Origin: an uncultured Actinomycetota bacterium
GTDB lineage: Bacteria > Actinomycetota > Actinomycetes > JAHEKZ01
Direction: 5' to 3'
NCBI GenBank assembly: GCA_963829525.1
Contig: CAWHIJ010000003.1
Span: 64,001-128,000 of the forward strand
DNA: 64,000 nucleotides
Position 1 is the first letter of the stretch. Each line of letters starts with the position of its first letter. The position numbers and the translations under genes are program-made. Positions 7,989 to 17,151 of the stretch are shown one piece after another. The notes beneath the pieces were generated by a model. That model had not been told where the DNA came from and searched no databases. It was given only the letters and a program-made list of their open reading frames with translations.

Positions 7989-8822
7989 TCAGCCGATCAA
8001 CCGCACGACCACGTATCCCAACGGGGCGGCCAGCAGCACCGGCCAGACACCGCCGGGGAGCCATCCGGCACCGTCTCCACGCACCCGTGCCTGCGTCACC
8101 GCGGCCAGCGCCACCGGCACAGCGGCCGCGACACCAAGCGCGGCGCCCACCAGGACGTCATCGACACCCACTCCCAGCAGGACACCGGCCGCGATACCCG
8201 CCCCAATGGGGGCGGCGGCTGCACCGATCACTCCAGGTGCCAGGCGCCCGACGGCGGCGGCGGCGCAGGCACCGGCCAGCACCACCGTTGTGGAGTTGCC
8301 GTCCTCGAGCTGGGAGAGAACGACCCAGGCGGCACCGAGGGAGGCGACCGTTGCCAGGGTGACCGTCGTCGCCAACGCGTCGACGAGATCGGCGCGGCCG
8401 TCCTGTCGGACGAGCTGCTGGACGACGGCGATCAGGTACCCCGCACCGAGCACGACGGCAATCGGTCCGAGGCTCGGGGCGTTGTCGGTGGTGGCGACGA
8501 TGACATCGACGATCGCCGCGAGGCCGGCTCCGACTGCCGCCCCCGTGGCGGCCGACGGCGCGCCCAAGGACCGGTGCCAGGTGAGAACGACGACGGCCTG
8601 CAGTGCGATCACCGGAACCCACAGCCAGGGCAGCTCCAACAGCGCGCCGACCAGAACAAGGCCGCTGCTCATTGCGCCGACCAGAGCCGGACGCCAGTCA
8701 GGCAGGTGGAGGTGCTGCGGCATCGCCGCAGACTGGGCAGCAGGAGGCTGCGACGACGCAGCGGGACGCGGCGACGCGGCCCCAGATCCGGAGTCCGACG
8801 CAGCAGGACGATCGGCGGTCAC
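7989..8822 (-). CDS. hypothetical multi-pass membrane protein
   Basis: About 8 hydrophobic segments; co-oriented between moaD-like and thioredoxin genes; start uncertain. Confidence 0.7.
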   Translation of the reverse strand: MTADRPAASDSGSGAASPRPAASSQPPAAQSAAMPQHLHLPDWRPALVGAMSSGLVLVGALLELPWLWVPVIALQAVVVLTWHRSLGAPSAATGAAVGAGLAAIVDVIVATTDNAPSLGPIAVVLGAGYLIAVVQQLVRQDGRADLVDALATTVTLATVASLGAAWVVLSQLEDGNSTTVVLAGACAAAAVGRLAPGVIGAAAAPIGAGIAAGVLLGVGVDDVLVGAALGVAAAVPVALAAVTQARVRGDGAGWLPGGVWPVLLAAPLGYVVVRLIG

Positions 8823-8945
8823 GCGCCGATCATGCCCGAACCGTCAGCCCGCCCGCACGTCAGTCGCGCCCGCGATGACCACCTCACCTGGCCATCACGG
8901 GGCGAGGCGGCGTTCGGCGGCCACCTTGGTGCGCTAACGCCACCT

Positions 8946-9005
8946 CGGCTCAGGACGCACGGGCTCAGGACGCCGGGGCTCAGGACGCCCGGTGTCGGGA
9001 CGTCA
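8946..9005. repeat. 15-bp tandem repeat (3 copies plus 1 degenerate)
   Basis: (C/G)GGCTCAGGACGCNN at 8946, 8961, 8976; repeats the stop-codon region of the moaD-like gene. Confidence 0.8.
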
Positions 9006-9273
9006 CACACGCCGGGGTCCGCCCGGAACCGCCCGCGAAGGGCGGCAGCACCTCGACGACAGTGTCGGCGGCCAGCAGCACGTCGGGATGCGGAGTCATC
9101 CCGATCGGCTGCTCGTCGACGACGAATGAACAGACGCTCAGCACCTGGGCGAATCGCTCGTCTCGACCTGAGCGCGCCGCGTCGAGCGCCTCGGCCAAAG
9201 TGGGGGCCTCGACCGACTGCTCGCTGACGCCGGCAGCTGCGCGAGCGCCCGCCCAGTATCTCAGCAGCGCCAT
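8980..9273 (-). CDS. MoaD/ThiS family sulfur carrier with a 15-aa tail after GG
   Basis: LRYWAGARAAAG...VEVLPPFAGG followed by SGRTPACVTSRHRAS. Confidence 0.85.
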   Translation of the reverse strand: MALLRYWAGARAAAGVSEQSVEAPTLAEALDAARSGRDERFAQVLSVCSFVVDEQPIGMTPHPDVLLAADTVVEVLPPFAGGSGRTPACVTSRHRAS

Positions 9274-9444
9274 GGCGTCCTCTCCTCGCTGGCCCGGCCC
9301 CCGCAGCAGAGAGCCGGCCTATCCCGGCGGGACAACTCAGCTACCAGTCTCACTCGTGGCCCCTCGCCACTCTGACGCACCCTTGCGGTGGACGCCGTCC
9401 TGGGCTCACATTTGTCAGATCGGGCGATCTCGTTCTACAGTTAC

Positions 9445-9463
9445 TTAGGTAAGGGTGTCCTAA
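9445..9463. promoter_or_regulatory. IdeR/DtxR/DmdR1 iron box
   Basis: TTAGGTAAGGGTGTCCTAA, 19 bp, similar to consensus TTAGGTTAGGCTAACCTAA; just after a TACAGT -10 (9436-9441) upstream of an iron permease. Confidence 0.85.
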
Positions 9464-9553
9464 CTTAAGTTGCCGGCTCGGGGCCGGACGACTTGAGACC
9501 CGACAGGGCACGCGCAGCCGACTCCCCGCCCGGGACGACCGATAGGACAGCCG

Positions 9554-10396
9554 ATGCTCGCCGCCTTTCTCATCACCCTCCGCGAGGGGCTCGAAGCCGC
9601 CCTCGTGGTGAGCATCTTGATCGCCTACCTGGTCAAGACTGACCGTGGCGGCTCGGTCCGCTACGTCTGGGCCGGGGTCGGAGCCGCAGCGGTCTTCTCG
9701 CTCTCAGTCGGTGGCGCGCTCGCAGTCGCCGCTGACCGTTTGCCTGAGGAGGCACAGGCCGCGTTCGAGGGCACCATGGCCCTGCTCGCGGTTGCGTTCG
9801 TCACCTGGATGGTCTTCTGGATGGCGCGCAACGCACGCGCGCTCAAGAGCGAGCTGCACGCTCACGTCGACAAGGCTGCGGCCGCGGGTGCTGGCGCCGT
9901 CGCGGCGATGGCGTTCATCGCCGTCTCCCGCGAGGGTTTCGAGACAGCACTCTTCCTGTGGTCGTCGCTGCAGACCACCGGCGGCGGCTGGGTGGCCATT
10001 CTCGGGGGGCTTTTGGGCTTGGCCACGGCGATCGCCCTTGGCCTGTTCATCTACCGCGGCGCCCTGCGGGTCAATCTCGCCGTCTTCTTCAAGTGGACCG
10101 GAATCGCGCTGATCGTCATCGCCGCCGGGGTCTTCACATACGCGATCCACGAGCTGCAGGAGGCAGGCCTGCTCTTCGGTGAGGATTCCATCGCGTTCGA
10201 CATCAGCGGCGCGTTCCCCGAGAGCTCGGTGCAGTACGCGGTCTTCCGCGGTCTCTTCGCCGTCCGGACCGTGCCGAGCTGGCTCGAGGTCTTCGTCTGG
10301 TTCGCCTACCTGGTCCCCACGATGTGGCTCTTCCTGCGCACCATCCGGCGGCCACTGAAGCCAGCTGCGCCAGCCCCCGTCGACAGCGCTGCCTGA
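9554..10396 (+). CDS. efeU: FTR1/EfeU iron permease
   Basis: Two RExxE motifs (REGLE, REGFE) and about 7 TM helices. Confidence 0.92.
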   Translation: MLAAFLITLREGLEAALVVSILIAYLVKTDRGGSVRYVWAGVGAAAVFSLSVGGALAVAADRLPEEAQAAFEGTMALLAVAFVTWMVFWMARNARALKSELHAHVDKAAAAGAGAVAAMAFIAVSREGFETALFLWSSLQTTGGGWVAILGGLLGLATAIALGLFIYRGALRVNLAVFFKWTGIALIVIAAGVFTYAIHELQEAGLLFGEDSIAFDISGAFPESSVQYAVFRGLFAVRTVPSWLEVFVWFAYLVPTMWLFLRTIRRPLKPAAPAPVDSAA

Positions 10397-10460
10397 AGTC
10401 ACCGTTCACCCGAAGCAGGAACCGGTCGATAGTCTGGGCGGGTTCTGACGAGGAGGACGC

Positions 10461-11143
10461 GTGGCGCGGTTGCTGCTCTTGACGCACGGTGGTCCCACCG
10501 TCGAGTCGGTGTTGCCCGCGCTTGAGCTGCTGCCCCATCAGGTCCGGGTACTCCCCGCCGAAGCGGCAGCGCTGCTGGACTCCGGGCCGGTCGACGCCCT
10601 GCTGATCGACGGTCGCGGCGACCTGCCCCGCGTTCGCTCGCTCTGCCGGCTGATCCGCACGACCGGGGTCACTGTGCCGCTGTTGTTGGTCACCACCGAG
10701 GGTGGCCTCACCGCCGTCACTGCCGACTGGAGCGTCGACGACGTCGTGCTCGCCACCGCAGGCCCAGCTGAGGTCGAGGCCCGACTGCGTCTCGCCACCG
10801 AACGTCTGGCTGCGTCATCGGACGACGTGCAGCCACTGATCAGCAACGGCGACCTCGTCATCGACGAGTCCACGTACACCGCGAAGCTGCGCGGCAATCC
10901 ACTCGACCTCACCTACAAAGAGTTCGAGCTCTGAAATTCCTCGCGCAACACCCAGGACGCGTCTTCACCCGCGGACAGCTGCTGCAGGAGGTCTGGGGCT
11001 ACGACTACTTCGGTGGCACCCGCACGGTCGACGTCCACGTCCGACGGTTGCGCGCCAAGCTCGGTGGTGAGTACGAGCAGCTGATCGGCACCGTGCGCAA
11101 TGTCGGCTACCGCTTCGTGGCAGCCCCGTCTTCGGCCCCCTAA
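10461..11143 (+). CDS. glnR: orphan OmpR-family nitrogen regulator GlnR, frameshifted
   Basis: [18 protein letters not shown]...TEGGL...[14 protein letters not shown]; after KEFEL (about 10930) a one-base shift continues [14 protein letters not shown]...[18 protein letters not shown] to TAA at 11143; adjacent to mshD. Confidence 0.9.
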
Positions 11144-11247
11144 TCGACCCCATGAGTGGCGCGGTCATCGGCCCCGTTACGCGTGCCGGTTGTCGGGTCA
11201 TATTCATTGGATGAGATGGGTGCTCGCAGAAGCCTTAGGCTGACGCC

Positions 11248-12228
11248 ATGGCAGAGCACCCGTTTCACGTCGAGGTGCTGGCCAGGCTTGACCCAGACGA
11301 GACCGACGCCGTGACGCTGCTTGCTGAACGCGCCACAGAGAGCGACGGCGTCCGGCCCCTCTCCGAGCACGTCTCCCTGCACCTTCGGCACGGCGGCGAC
11401 TACGGCGTCCGCCACCTGCTGGCCTACGGCGATGGGCGCGGCACCCTGCCGCACCTCGCTGGATACGCACACCTCGACGTCACCGACGAAGTCGCCGGAT
11501 CCAGCGCAGAGGTCGTCGTCGACCCGGCGTGGCGTCGCCAGGGAATCGGCCGTCTGCTGGTGGACGCGGTTCGAGCCGAGACACCAGACGGGCGGCTTCG
11601 GCTCTGGGCACACGGCGAGAGCCCCGCCGCGTCGGGTTTGGCCGCATCCCTTGGGTTCGCCAAGACGCGTGAGCTGATGCAGCTGCGACGGTCGCTGTCC
11701 GCGCCATTGCCTCCGGCCGAAGTGCCAACCGGTGTCACCATTCGGCCTTTTCTGCCGGGCAAAGACGACGAGGCCTGGGTTGCTCTCAACGCCCTGATCT
11801 TCGCCGACCATCCTGAACAAGGTGCCCTGACTGTGGACGATCTGTGTCGGCGCCTGGACGAGCCGTGGTTCGACGCCGCAGGGTTCTTTCTCGCCGAGCG
11901 CGACGGGAGGTTGGTGGGCTACCACTGGACCAAGGTGCACGGTGGCCAGCCATTGGTTCACGAGCATGACGACCACGGTCCGCACACCCACGACGCGCAT
12001 GGTCACGAGCCGATCGGCGAGGTCTACGTCGTCGGGGTGCACCCCACCGAGCGCGGCACCGGGCTCGGAACGGCCCTGATCCTGCTGGGGCTGCATCACC
12101 TGCGAAGCTCTGGCCTGCTGGAAGCAATGCTCTACGTCGACGCCGACAACACCGCAGCCATCGCGGCCTACCGACGGCTCGGATTCACCCATTGGGACAG
12201 TGACGTTCAGTTCCGCTCGCCTGCGTAG
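11248..12228 (+). CDS. mshD: mycothiol synthase
   Basis: Tandem GNAT; DGVRPLSEH, WAHG, GYHWTKVH, GEVYVVGV, LYVDADN motifs. Confidence 0.95.
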   Translation: MAEHPFHVEVLARLDPDETDAVTLLAERATESDGVRPLSEHVSLHLRHGGDYGVRHLLAYGDGRGTLPHLAGYAHLDVTDEVAGSSAEVVVDPAWRRQGIGRLLVDAVRAETPDGRLRLWAHGESPAASGLAASLGFAKTRELMQLRRSLSAPLPPAEVPTGVTIRPFLPGKDDEAWVALNALIFADHPEQGALTVDDLCRRLDEPWFDAAGFFLAERDGRLVGYHWTKVHGGQPLVHEHDDHGPHTHDAHGHEPIGEVYVVGVHPTERGTGLGTALILLGLHHLRSSGLLEAMLYVDADNTAAIAAYRRLGFTHWDSDVQFRSPA

Positions 12229-12249
12229 TGACCCAGCAGCTCGAGACCG

Positions 12250-12741
12250 TTAGGCCACCGCAGTACGCAGCAGGCGGCGTTTGCCGTACTCGCGATAGGT
12301 CAGCCAAACCATGAACACGTCGAAGACGGTGAGCAGTGCGATGCCGACGGTCGGGTTCACGACCATCAAGTAGCACTGATACACGATGAACGCGAGCAGA
12401 AAGGCGATCATCCAGGGGTAGGCCCAGAGCTTGTCCTTCAGCACTGCCGCCACCAAGACCACCTTGACCACGCCGTGCGCGAGCAAGTAGAAGGCGGCAA
12501 ACAGCTGACTGCCGCCAGACAGGTGTCCGGCGGCAGTCAGCAGATGATTAGCGATGAAGTCGTTTGGGTCCTCGGACAGCTCATGCTGGGTGAGGGTCAC
12601 CGCCCACGAGGTGAGCTGGTCTTTGGATATGGCTAGCAGAAGAACGCCGCCAACGATCTCCAGAACTCCGTCGAGCCCCTTGAGGATCAGCGCGATCTCG
12701 AAGGTCCAGTCGAGGGGACCTGAGGGCCGCAACCGCGTCAC
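12250..12741 (-). CDS. DUF2127 membrane protein
   Basis: LILKGLDGVLEIVGG...HELSEDPNDFIA...YLLAHGVVK...WAYP; GTG overlaps the PAP2 stop. Confidence 0.85.
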   Translation of the reverse strand: MTRLRPSGPLDWTFEIALILKGLDGVLEIVGGVLLLAISKDQLTSWAVTLTQHELSEDPNDFIANHLLTAAGHLSGGSQLFAAFYLLAHGVVKVVLVAAVLKDKLWAYPWMIAFLLAFIVYQCYLMVVNPTVGIALLTVFDVFMVWLTYREYGKRRLLRTAVA

Positions 12742-13328
12742 ACTTGGGCCGGGCCAACTGCCAGTACCGGCCGGAGCGCTGACTCCTTGATCCGGGCCAC
12801 CAGTCGCGCCAGCGGCTGTCGGAACAAAAGAATCATCAGGCACGTCACCGCGGCCCCGAAGACCAGACCCGCCAACACGTCCAGCGGCCAGTGTGCACCG
12901 ACATAGACGCGGGAGAAGGCCATGAGCACCGCCGTGGCCATGGCCAGCCAACCGAGCCTTCGGTCGACGAAAAAGAGCCCAGCCGCTACGGCCCCGGCAA
13001 CGCACGCATGGTCACTGGGAAACGAGGGGTCGGTGGTCTTGGCGATCAGAATCAGCGCATTCGGTTCCAGGCTGTAAGGACGCGCCTCGCCGACGGCTTG
13101 GATGATCACCTGCTGCAGACCCAGCGCTGTTACCGCTCCGACCGGGGTGAGGAGCGCAGCCGCCATGGTCCGGTTATCGCGCCCACGTGCCAGCCACCAG
13201 CCCAGAACGAGGTAGCCGACAAAAAGCAGGATGCCGTAGCGAGCGAACGCGAGCATCGTGCCGTGCAGCCAAGGCGTCTCTGCGGCAAAGGAGTTGATCG
13301 CGTCGAAGAGACCGCTTCCAGGAGGCAC
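12738..13328 (-). CDS. PAP2 family phosphatase (undecaprenyl-diphosphatase-like)
   Basis: RP, SFPSDH and SRVYVGAHWPLD motifs. Confidence 0.9.
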   Translation of the reverse strand: MPPGSGLFDAINSFAAETPWLHGTMLAFARYGILLFVGYLVLGWWLARGRDNRTMAAALLTPVGAVTALGLQQVIIQAVGEARPYSLEPNALILIAKTTDPSFPSDHACVAGAVAAGLFFVDRRLGWLAMATAVLMAFSRVYVGAHWPLDVLAGLVFGAAVTCLMILLFRQPLARLVARIKESALRPVLAVGPAQV

Positions 13329-13483
13329 ATGCCAACCCTAGACCCGTCTCGCTCGGTGCCGAACCATCGTCAAATTGGCTCGACAAGTTGGCTCGCAGAC
13401 GTATGCCTGGACATTGACTGACACCAATCCTCAAGGGTGGCTTCCCGACGCTCGATGACATCGCTACAGCTTGAAAGGCTCTG

Positions 13484-14068
13484 GTGGACGAACTCGACTC
13501 TCTTGTGGTCGCCGCGCGCGCAGGTGGCGGCTGGGCCTTTGCGCGCCTTTGGGAAGAGCTCGCTGGTTCAGTGGCCGGCTATCTGCGCGCGAGGGGCGTC
13601 GAGGAGGTCGACGACGTGACCAGCGAAGTCTTCCTGGCAGCCTTTGCGGGGATACGGCGTTTTGAAGGGGACGGCGCCCGCTTTCGATCCTGGCTCTTCA
13701 CCATTGCCCACCACCGAGGAGTTGACGGGCTGCGAGGGCAGATCAAGGCTGGTGAGCGCGAGACGTACATGCGCGATCTGGATCGTCGGACGGTTCCGAG
13801 CGCCGAAGACAGTTCCTTCGAGCGCCTGCAGTCCGACGAGGTGAGAGTCGCCCTTGCGGCCCTTACCCCCGAACAGCGGGACGTCGTGCTGCTGCGCTTC
13901 GTCGCCGACCTGAGCTTGGACGAGGTCGCCGCTATCACCGGTCGCAACACAGGCGCCGTCAAGCAGCTGCAGCGACGCGGTATCCAGCAGCTACGACGTC
14001 ACCTGAATGGAGCAATTCCGACCAACCCCATAACTTCAGTACCCGCTCTTCCGATTGCCGAGTTGTGA
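13484..14068 (+). CDS. ECF RNA polymerase sigma factor
   Basis: Region 2 (DDVTSEVFLAAF...FRSWLFTIAH) and region 4 (LTPEQRDVVLLRF...EVAAITG...AVKQLQRRG). Confidence 0.92.
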   Translation: MDELDSLVVAARAGGGWAFARLWEELAGSVAGYLRARGVEEVDDVTSEVFLAAFAGIRRFEGDGARFRSWLFTIAHHRGVDGLRGQIKAGERETYMRDLDRRTVPSAEDSSFERLQSDEVRVALAALTPEQRDVVLLRFVADLSLDEVAAITGRNTGAVKQLQRRGIQQLRRHLNGAIPTNPITSVPALPIAEL

Positions 14069-14832
14069 TGAACGAGAACGAGTTCCCAGAGGAAGTCATC
14101 CGGCACCTGCGCCAGATGGCCGACGAACCGCCACCCGCGCCAAGCGCTGCCCTCGGCAAGTTCTTCGCCGACCCAAGCAGCACGCCTGCTGCGGCTGGGG
14201 TTGCCGCCACATTGGCCGAGTCTGGCCTCACGGGAGCTGTAACTCACCCAACGAAGGAGAGCCGGATGAAGACCCTGTTTGCACGGATGGGGATGGCCGG
14301 TCGGGTCGCCCTGATCACGGGCCTGATCGCTGCAGCAGGTGTGGGAACCGCTGCGGCTGCCACCGCGGTCAACCTGGTCACTGACGACGAGCCAACGACC
14401 TCGATCGAGCTGCCTACGGTCACCGATGGCGATCAAGGCGATTTCGCCGACGACCAGGGCGACGACAGCCAGTCAGGCGCTGTGGCAAACGACAAGGCAG
14501 ACGACAAGGCTGGCGACAAGGCTGGCGACGACCAAGGCGACAACAATCAAGGTGACAACAACCAAGGCGACAACGCTGCCGATCAAAGTGACGACAACGG
14601 CGTCGTGAGCCAGAGTGACGACTCACTGGCGACGACCGGCGACGACCAAGGTGATGACCAGGGTGATGACAACGGCGATGACCAGGGGGACGACAACTCC
14701 GGAAACGCTCAGGGAGACGATGACCAGGGCGACGACTCGGGGAACGACAACTCCGGCAGTAGCTCCGGAAGCGACGACCAGAGCGATGACTCCGGCGACG
14801 AGTCCGACGGTGGAGACAGCCAGGACGACTGA
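14068..14832 (+). CDS. putative anti-sigma factor: one TM plus Asp/Asn/Gly/Gln-rich repeat tail
   Basis: Start overlaps the sigma stop; hydrophobic VALITGLIAAAGVGTAAAATAV; many GDDQ/GDNN units. Function inferred from position. Confidence 0.7.
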   Translation: MNENEFPEEVIRHLRQMADEPPPAPSAALGKFFADPSSTPAAAGVAATLAESGLTGAVTHPTKESRMKTLFARMGMAGRVALITGLIAAAGVGTAAAATAVNLVTDDEPTTSIELPTVTDGDQGDFADDQGDDSQSGAVANDKADDKAGDKAGDDQGDNNQGDNNQGDNAADQSDDNGVVSQSDDSLATTGDDQGDDQGDDNGDDQGDDNSGNAQGDDDQGDDSGNDNSGSSSGSDDQSDDSGDESDGGDSQDD

Positions 14833-14844
14833 CCCTGCTTCACC

Positions 14845-14883
14845 CGAGAGTGAGGGCGCCGACGGGCGGCGCCCTCACTCTCG
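14845..14883. terminator. 17-bp stem hairpin, probable intrinsic terminator
   Basis: CGAGAGTGAGGGCGCCG-ACGGG-CGGCGCCCTCACTCTCG just after the stop at 14832. Confidence 0.75.
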
Positions 14884-15047
14884 CAATTCTGTGGCTCCGA
14901 GCCCCAAGCCGGCCACTTCAGCCAAGTGGGTCCCCCGGGTCCCCTGGTCGGTGGAGAATGGCCCCGATGGGGTGATCGGGACCTTCGCCAGGTGACGTGG
15001 CCCGGAGGCGCTGTCACCATGGATCCACCTGACCGAGAGGGGACCTA

Positions 15048-17151
15048 GTGAGTTCCGAGTCCGACGCTGCCCTTGAGCCACTGCCAGCCGACCGCTTCTC
15101 CGACCGTGAGTTGTCGTGGTTGGCGTTCAACCAGCGTGTGCTCGAGCTCGCCGAGGACACCGCGGTCCCGCCATTGGAGCGCGCCAAGTTCTTGGCCATC
15201 TTCGCAAGCAACCTCGACGAGTTCTACATGGTCAGGGTCGCCGGACTGAAGCGACGAATCGCCGCTGGTATCGCGGTGCAGGCGGCCAGTGGCCTGACCC
15301 CGCGCGAACTGATGAAGCGGGTCCACGACCGCACTCGCACCTTGATGTCGCAACACGCCCAGGCTCTTCGCGACCTCATGCCAACACTTCGAGAGGGCGG
15401 CATCGAGATCCTGCGATGGCGTGACCTCGACGTCGACGAGCAGAAGGCGATGGGCAAGCTTTTCGACGACCAGATCTTCGCGGTGCTCACTCCGCTCGCC
15501 GTCGACCCCGCGCACCCCTTCCCCTACATATCCGGTCTCTCCCTCAACCTCGCCGTCGTCGTGCGCAACCCGAACACCGGCCAAGAGCATTTTGCCCGTG
15601 TCAAAGTGCCACCGACGCTCCCACGCTTTGTCCCACTCGACGGCGGTGAGCACTTCGTCCCACTCGAAGACGTCATCGCCGCCCATCTCGACTCGCTCTT
15701 TCCCGGCATGGAGGTGCTGCAGCGTCACACCTTCCGGGTCACGCGTAATGAGGACGTCGAGGTCGAGGAGGATGAGGCCGAGAACTTGCTCAAGGCGCTT
15801 GAACGCGAGCTGTCACGTCGGCGGTTCGGCCCTCCAGTACGCCTCGAGGTCGAGGAGACCATCGACCCGCACGTGCTCGAGCTGCTCATCGAAGAGCTCG
15901 ACATCGACCACAACGAGGTTGTCACCGTGCCGTGGCCGCTCGACCTCACCGGCCTGTTCGCCATCGCCGGCCTGGACCGACCGGAACTGCTCTACCCACC
16001 GTTCGTCCCCATGACGTCGTCGGAGCTGAGCGAGGTCGAGACCAGCGATGCGCCCGAGATTCTTCGAGGTCATGCGCAACCGTGACGTCCTGCTGCACCA
16101 CCCGTACGACTCCTTCAGCACGAGCGTTCAGGCCTTCCTTGAAGAGGCCGCTGACGACCCGAACGTGTTGGCCATCAAGCAGACGCTGTACCGCACCAGC
16201 GGTGACTCACCCATCGTGCACGCACTGATCAACGCGGCCGAGGCCGGCAAGCAGGTGTTGGTGCTCGTCGAGATCAAGGCACGCTTCGACGAGCAGGCCA
16301 ACATCCGATGGGCACGCAAGCTCGAGCAGGCCGGTTGCCACGTCGTCTACGGGGTCGTTGGCCTCAAGACGCACAGCAAGCTCAGCATGGTCGTGCGCCA
16401 GGACGAGGATGGTGTGCTGCGTCGCTACACCCACATCGGTACCGGCAACTACCACCCCAAGACGGCCCGGCTGTACGAAGACCTCGGGCTGCTCACCTCG
16501 AGCGCTGCGGTCGGCGACGACGTCAGCAAACTCTTCAACGTCCTCACCGGCTACTCACTCACCACCGACTACCAGCGCCTGCTCGTCGCTCCTCACTCGG
16601 TACGCACCGGCCTGGTCGAGCGCATCGATCGTGAGATCGACAACCACCGCCAAGGACGGCCAGCGACGATCCGGTTCAAGGTGAACTCGATCGTCGACGA
16701 GCGCATCATCGATTCGCTCTACCGTGCCTCACAGGCCGGTGTCCCCGTTGACGTCCTCGTTCGGGGAATCTGCGGGATCAAAGCGGGCGTCCCCGGACTG
16801 TCGGAGAACATCCGGGTGCGGAGCATCCTCGGACGGTTCCTGGAGCACTCGCGGATCTACTGGTTCGAGAATGACGGTGAGCCGGACGTGTGGATCGGCA
16901 GCGCCGACCTCATGCACCGCAACCTGGACCGCCGCGTCGAAGCCCTTGTGAGCATCACCGGTGAAGCCCACGTTGCCTCACTCGGTGCGATGCTCGACCT
17001 CTCCTTCGACCCCGGGACGGCGTCCTGGCACCTCATGCCCGATGGCGAGTGGCAGAAGGTCAGCCAGGACGCCGACGGAGAGTCGCTCGCTGACCTTCAG
17101 GCCGAGCTGATCTCACTGAAACGCCAGTCCCGTCGCTCTCCACTTCGATGA
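15048..17151 (+). CDS. ppk1: polyphosphate kinase 1, frameshifted near 16050-16060
   Basis: [26 protein letters not shown] in the first ORF; [39 protein letters not shown] in the second. Confidence 0.95.

Noticed and set aside
7423-8937. Long antisense or shadow ORFs (for example 7423..8937+, 538..1686+, 59702..60907+)
   Set aside because: They overlap well-supported genes on the opposite strand and have the Arg/Pro/Ala-rich composition typical of GC-rich non-coding frames.
10920-10940. Programmed frameshift or TGA recoding in glnR (and similarly in ppk1)
   Set aside because: No slippery heptamer or SECIS-like element; one added base restores the canonical protein; similar indels occur across the window.
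15019-15048. 9-codon uORF (MDPPDREGT*) overlapping the ppk1 start
   Set aside because: Too short to support; may be chance or another indel in the ppk1 5' end.
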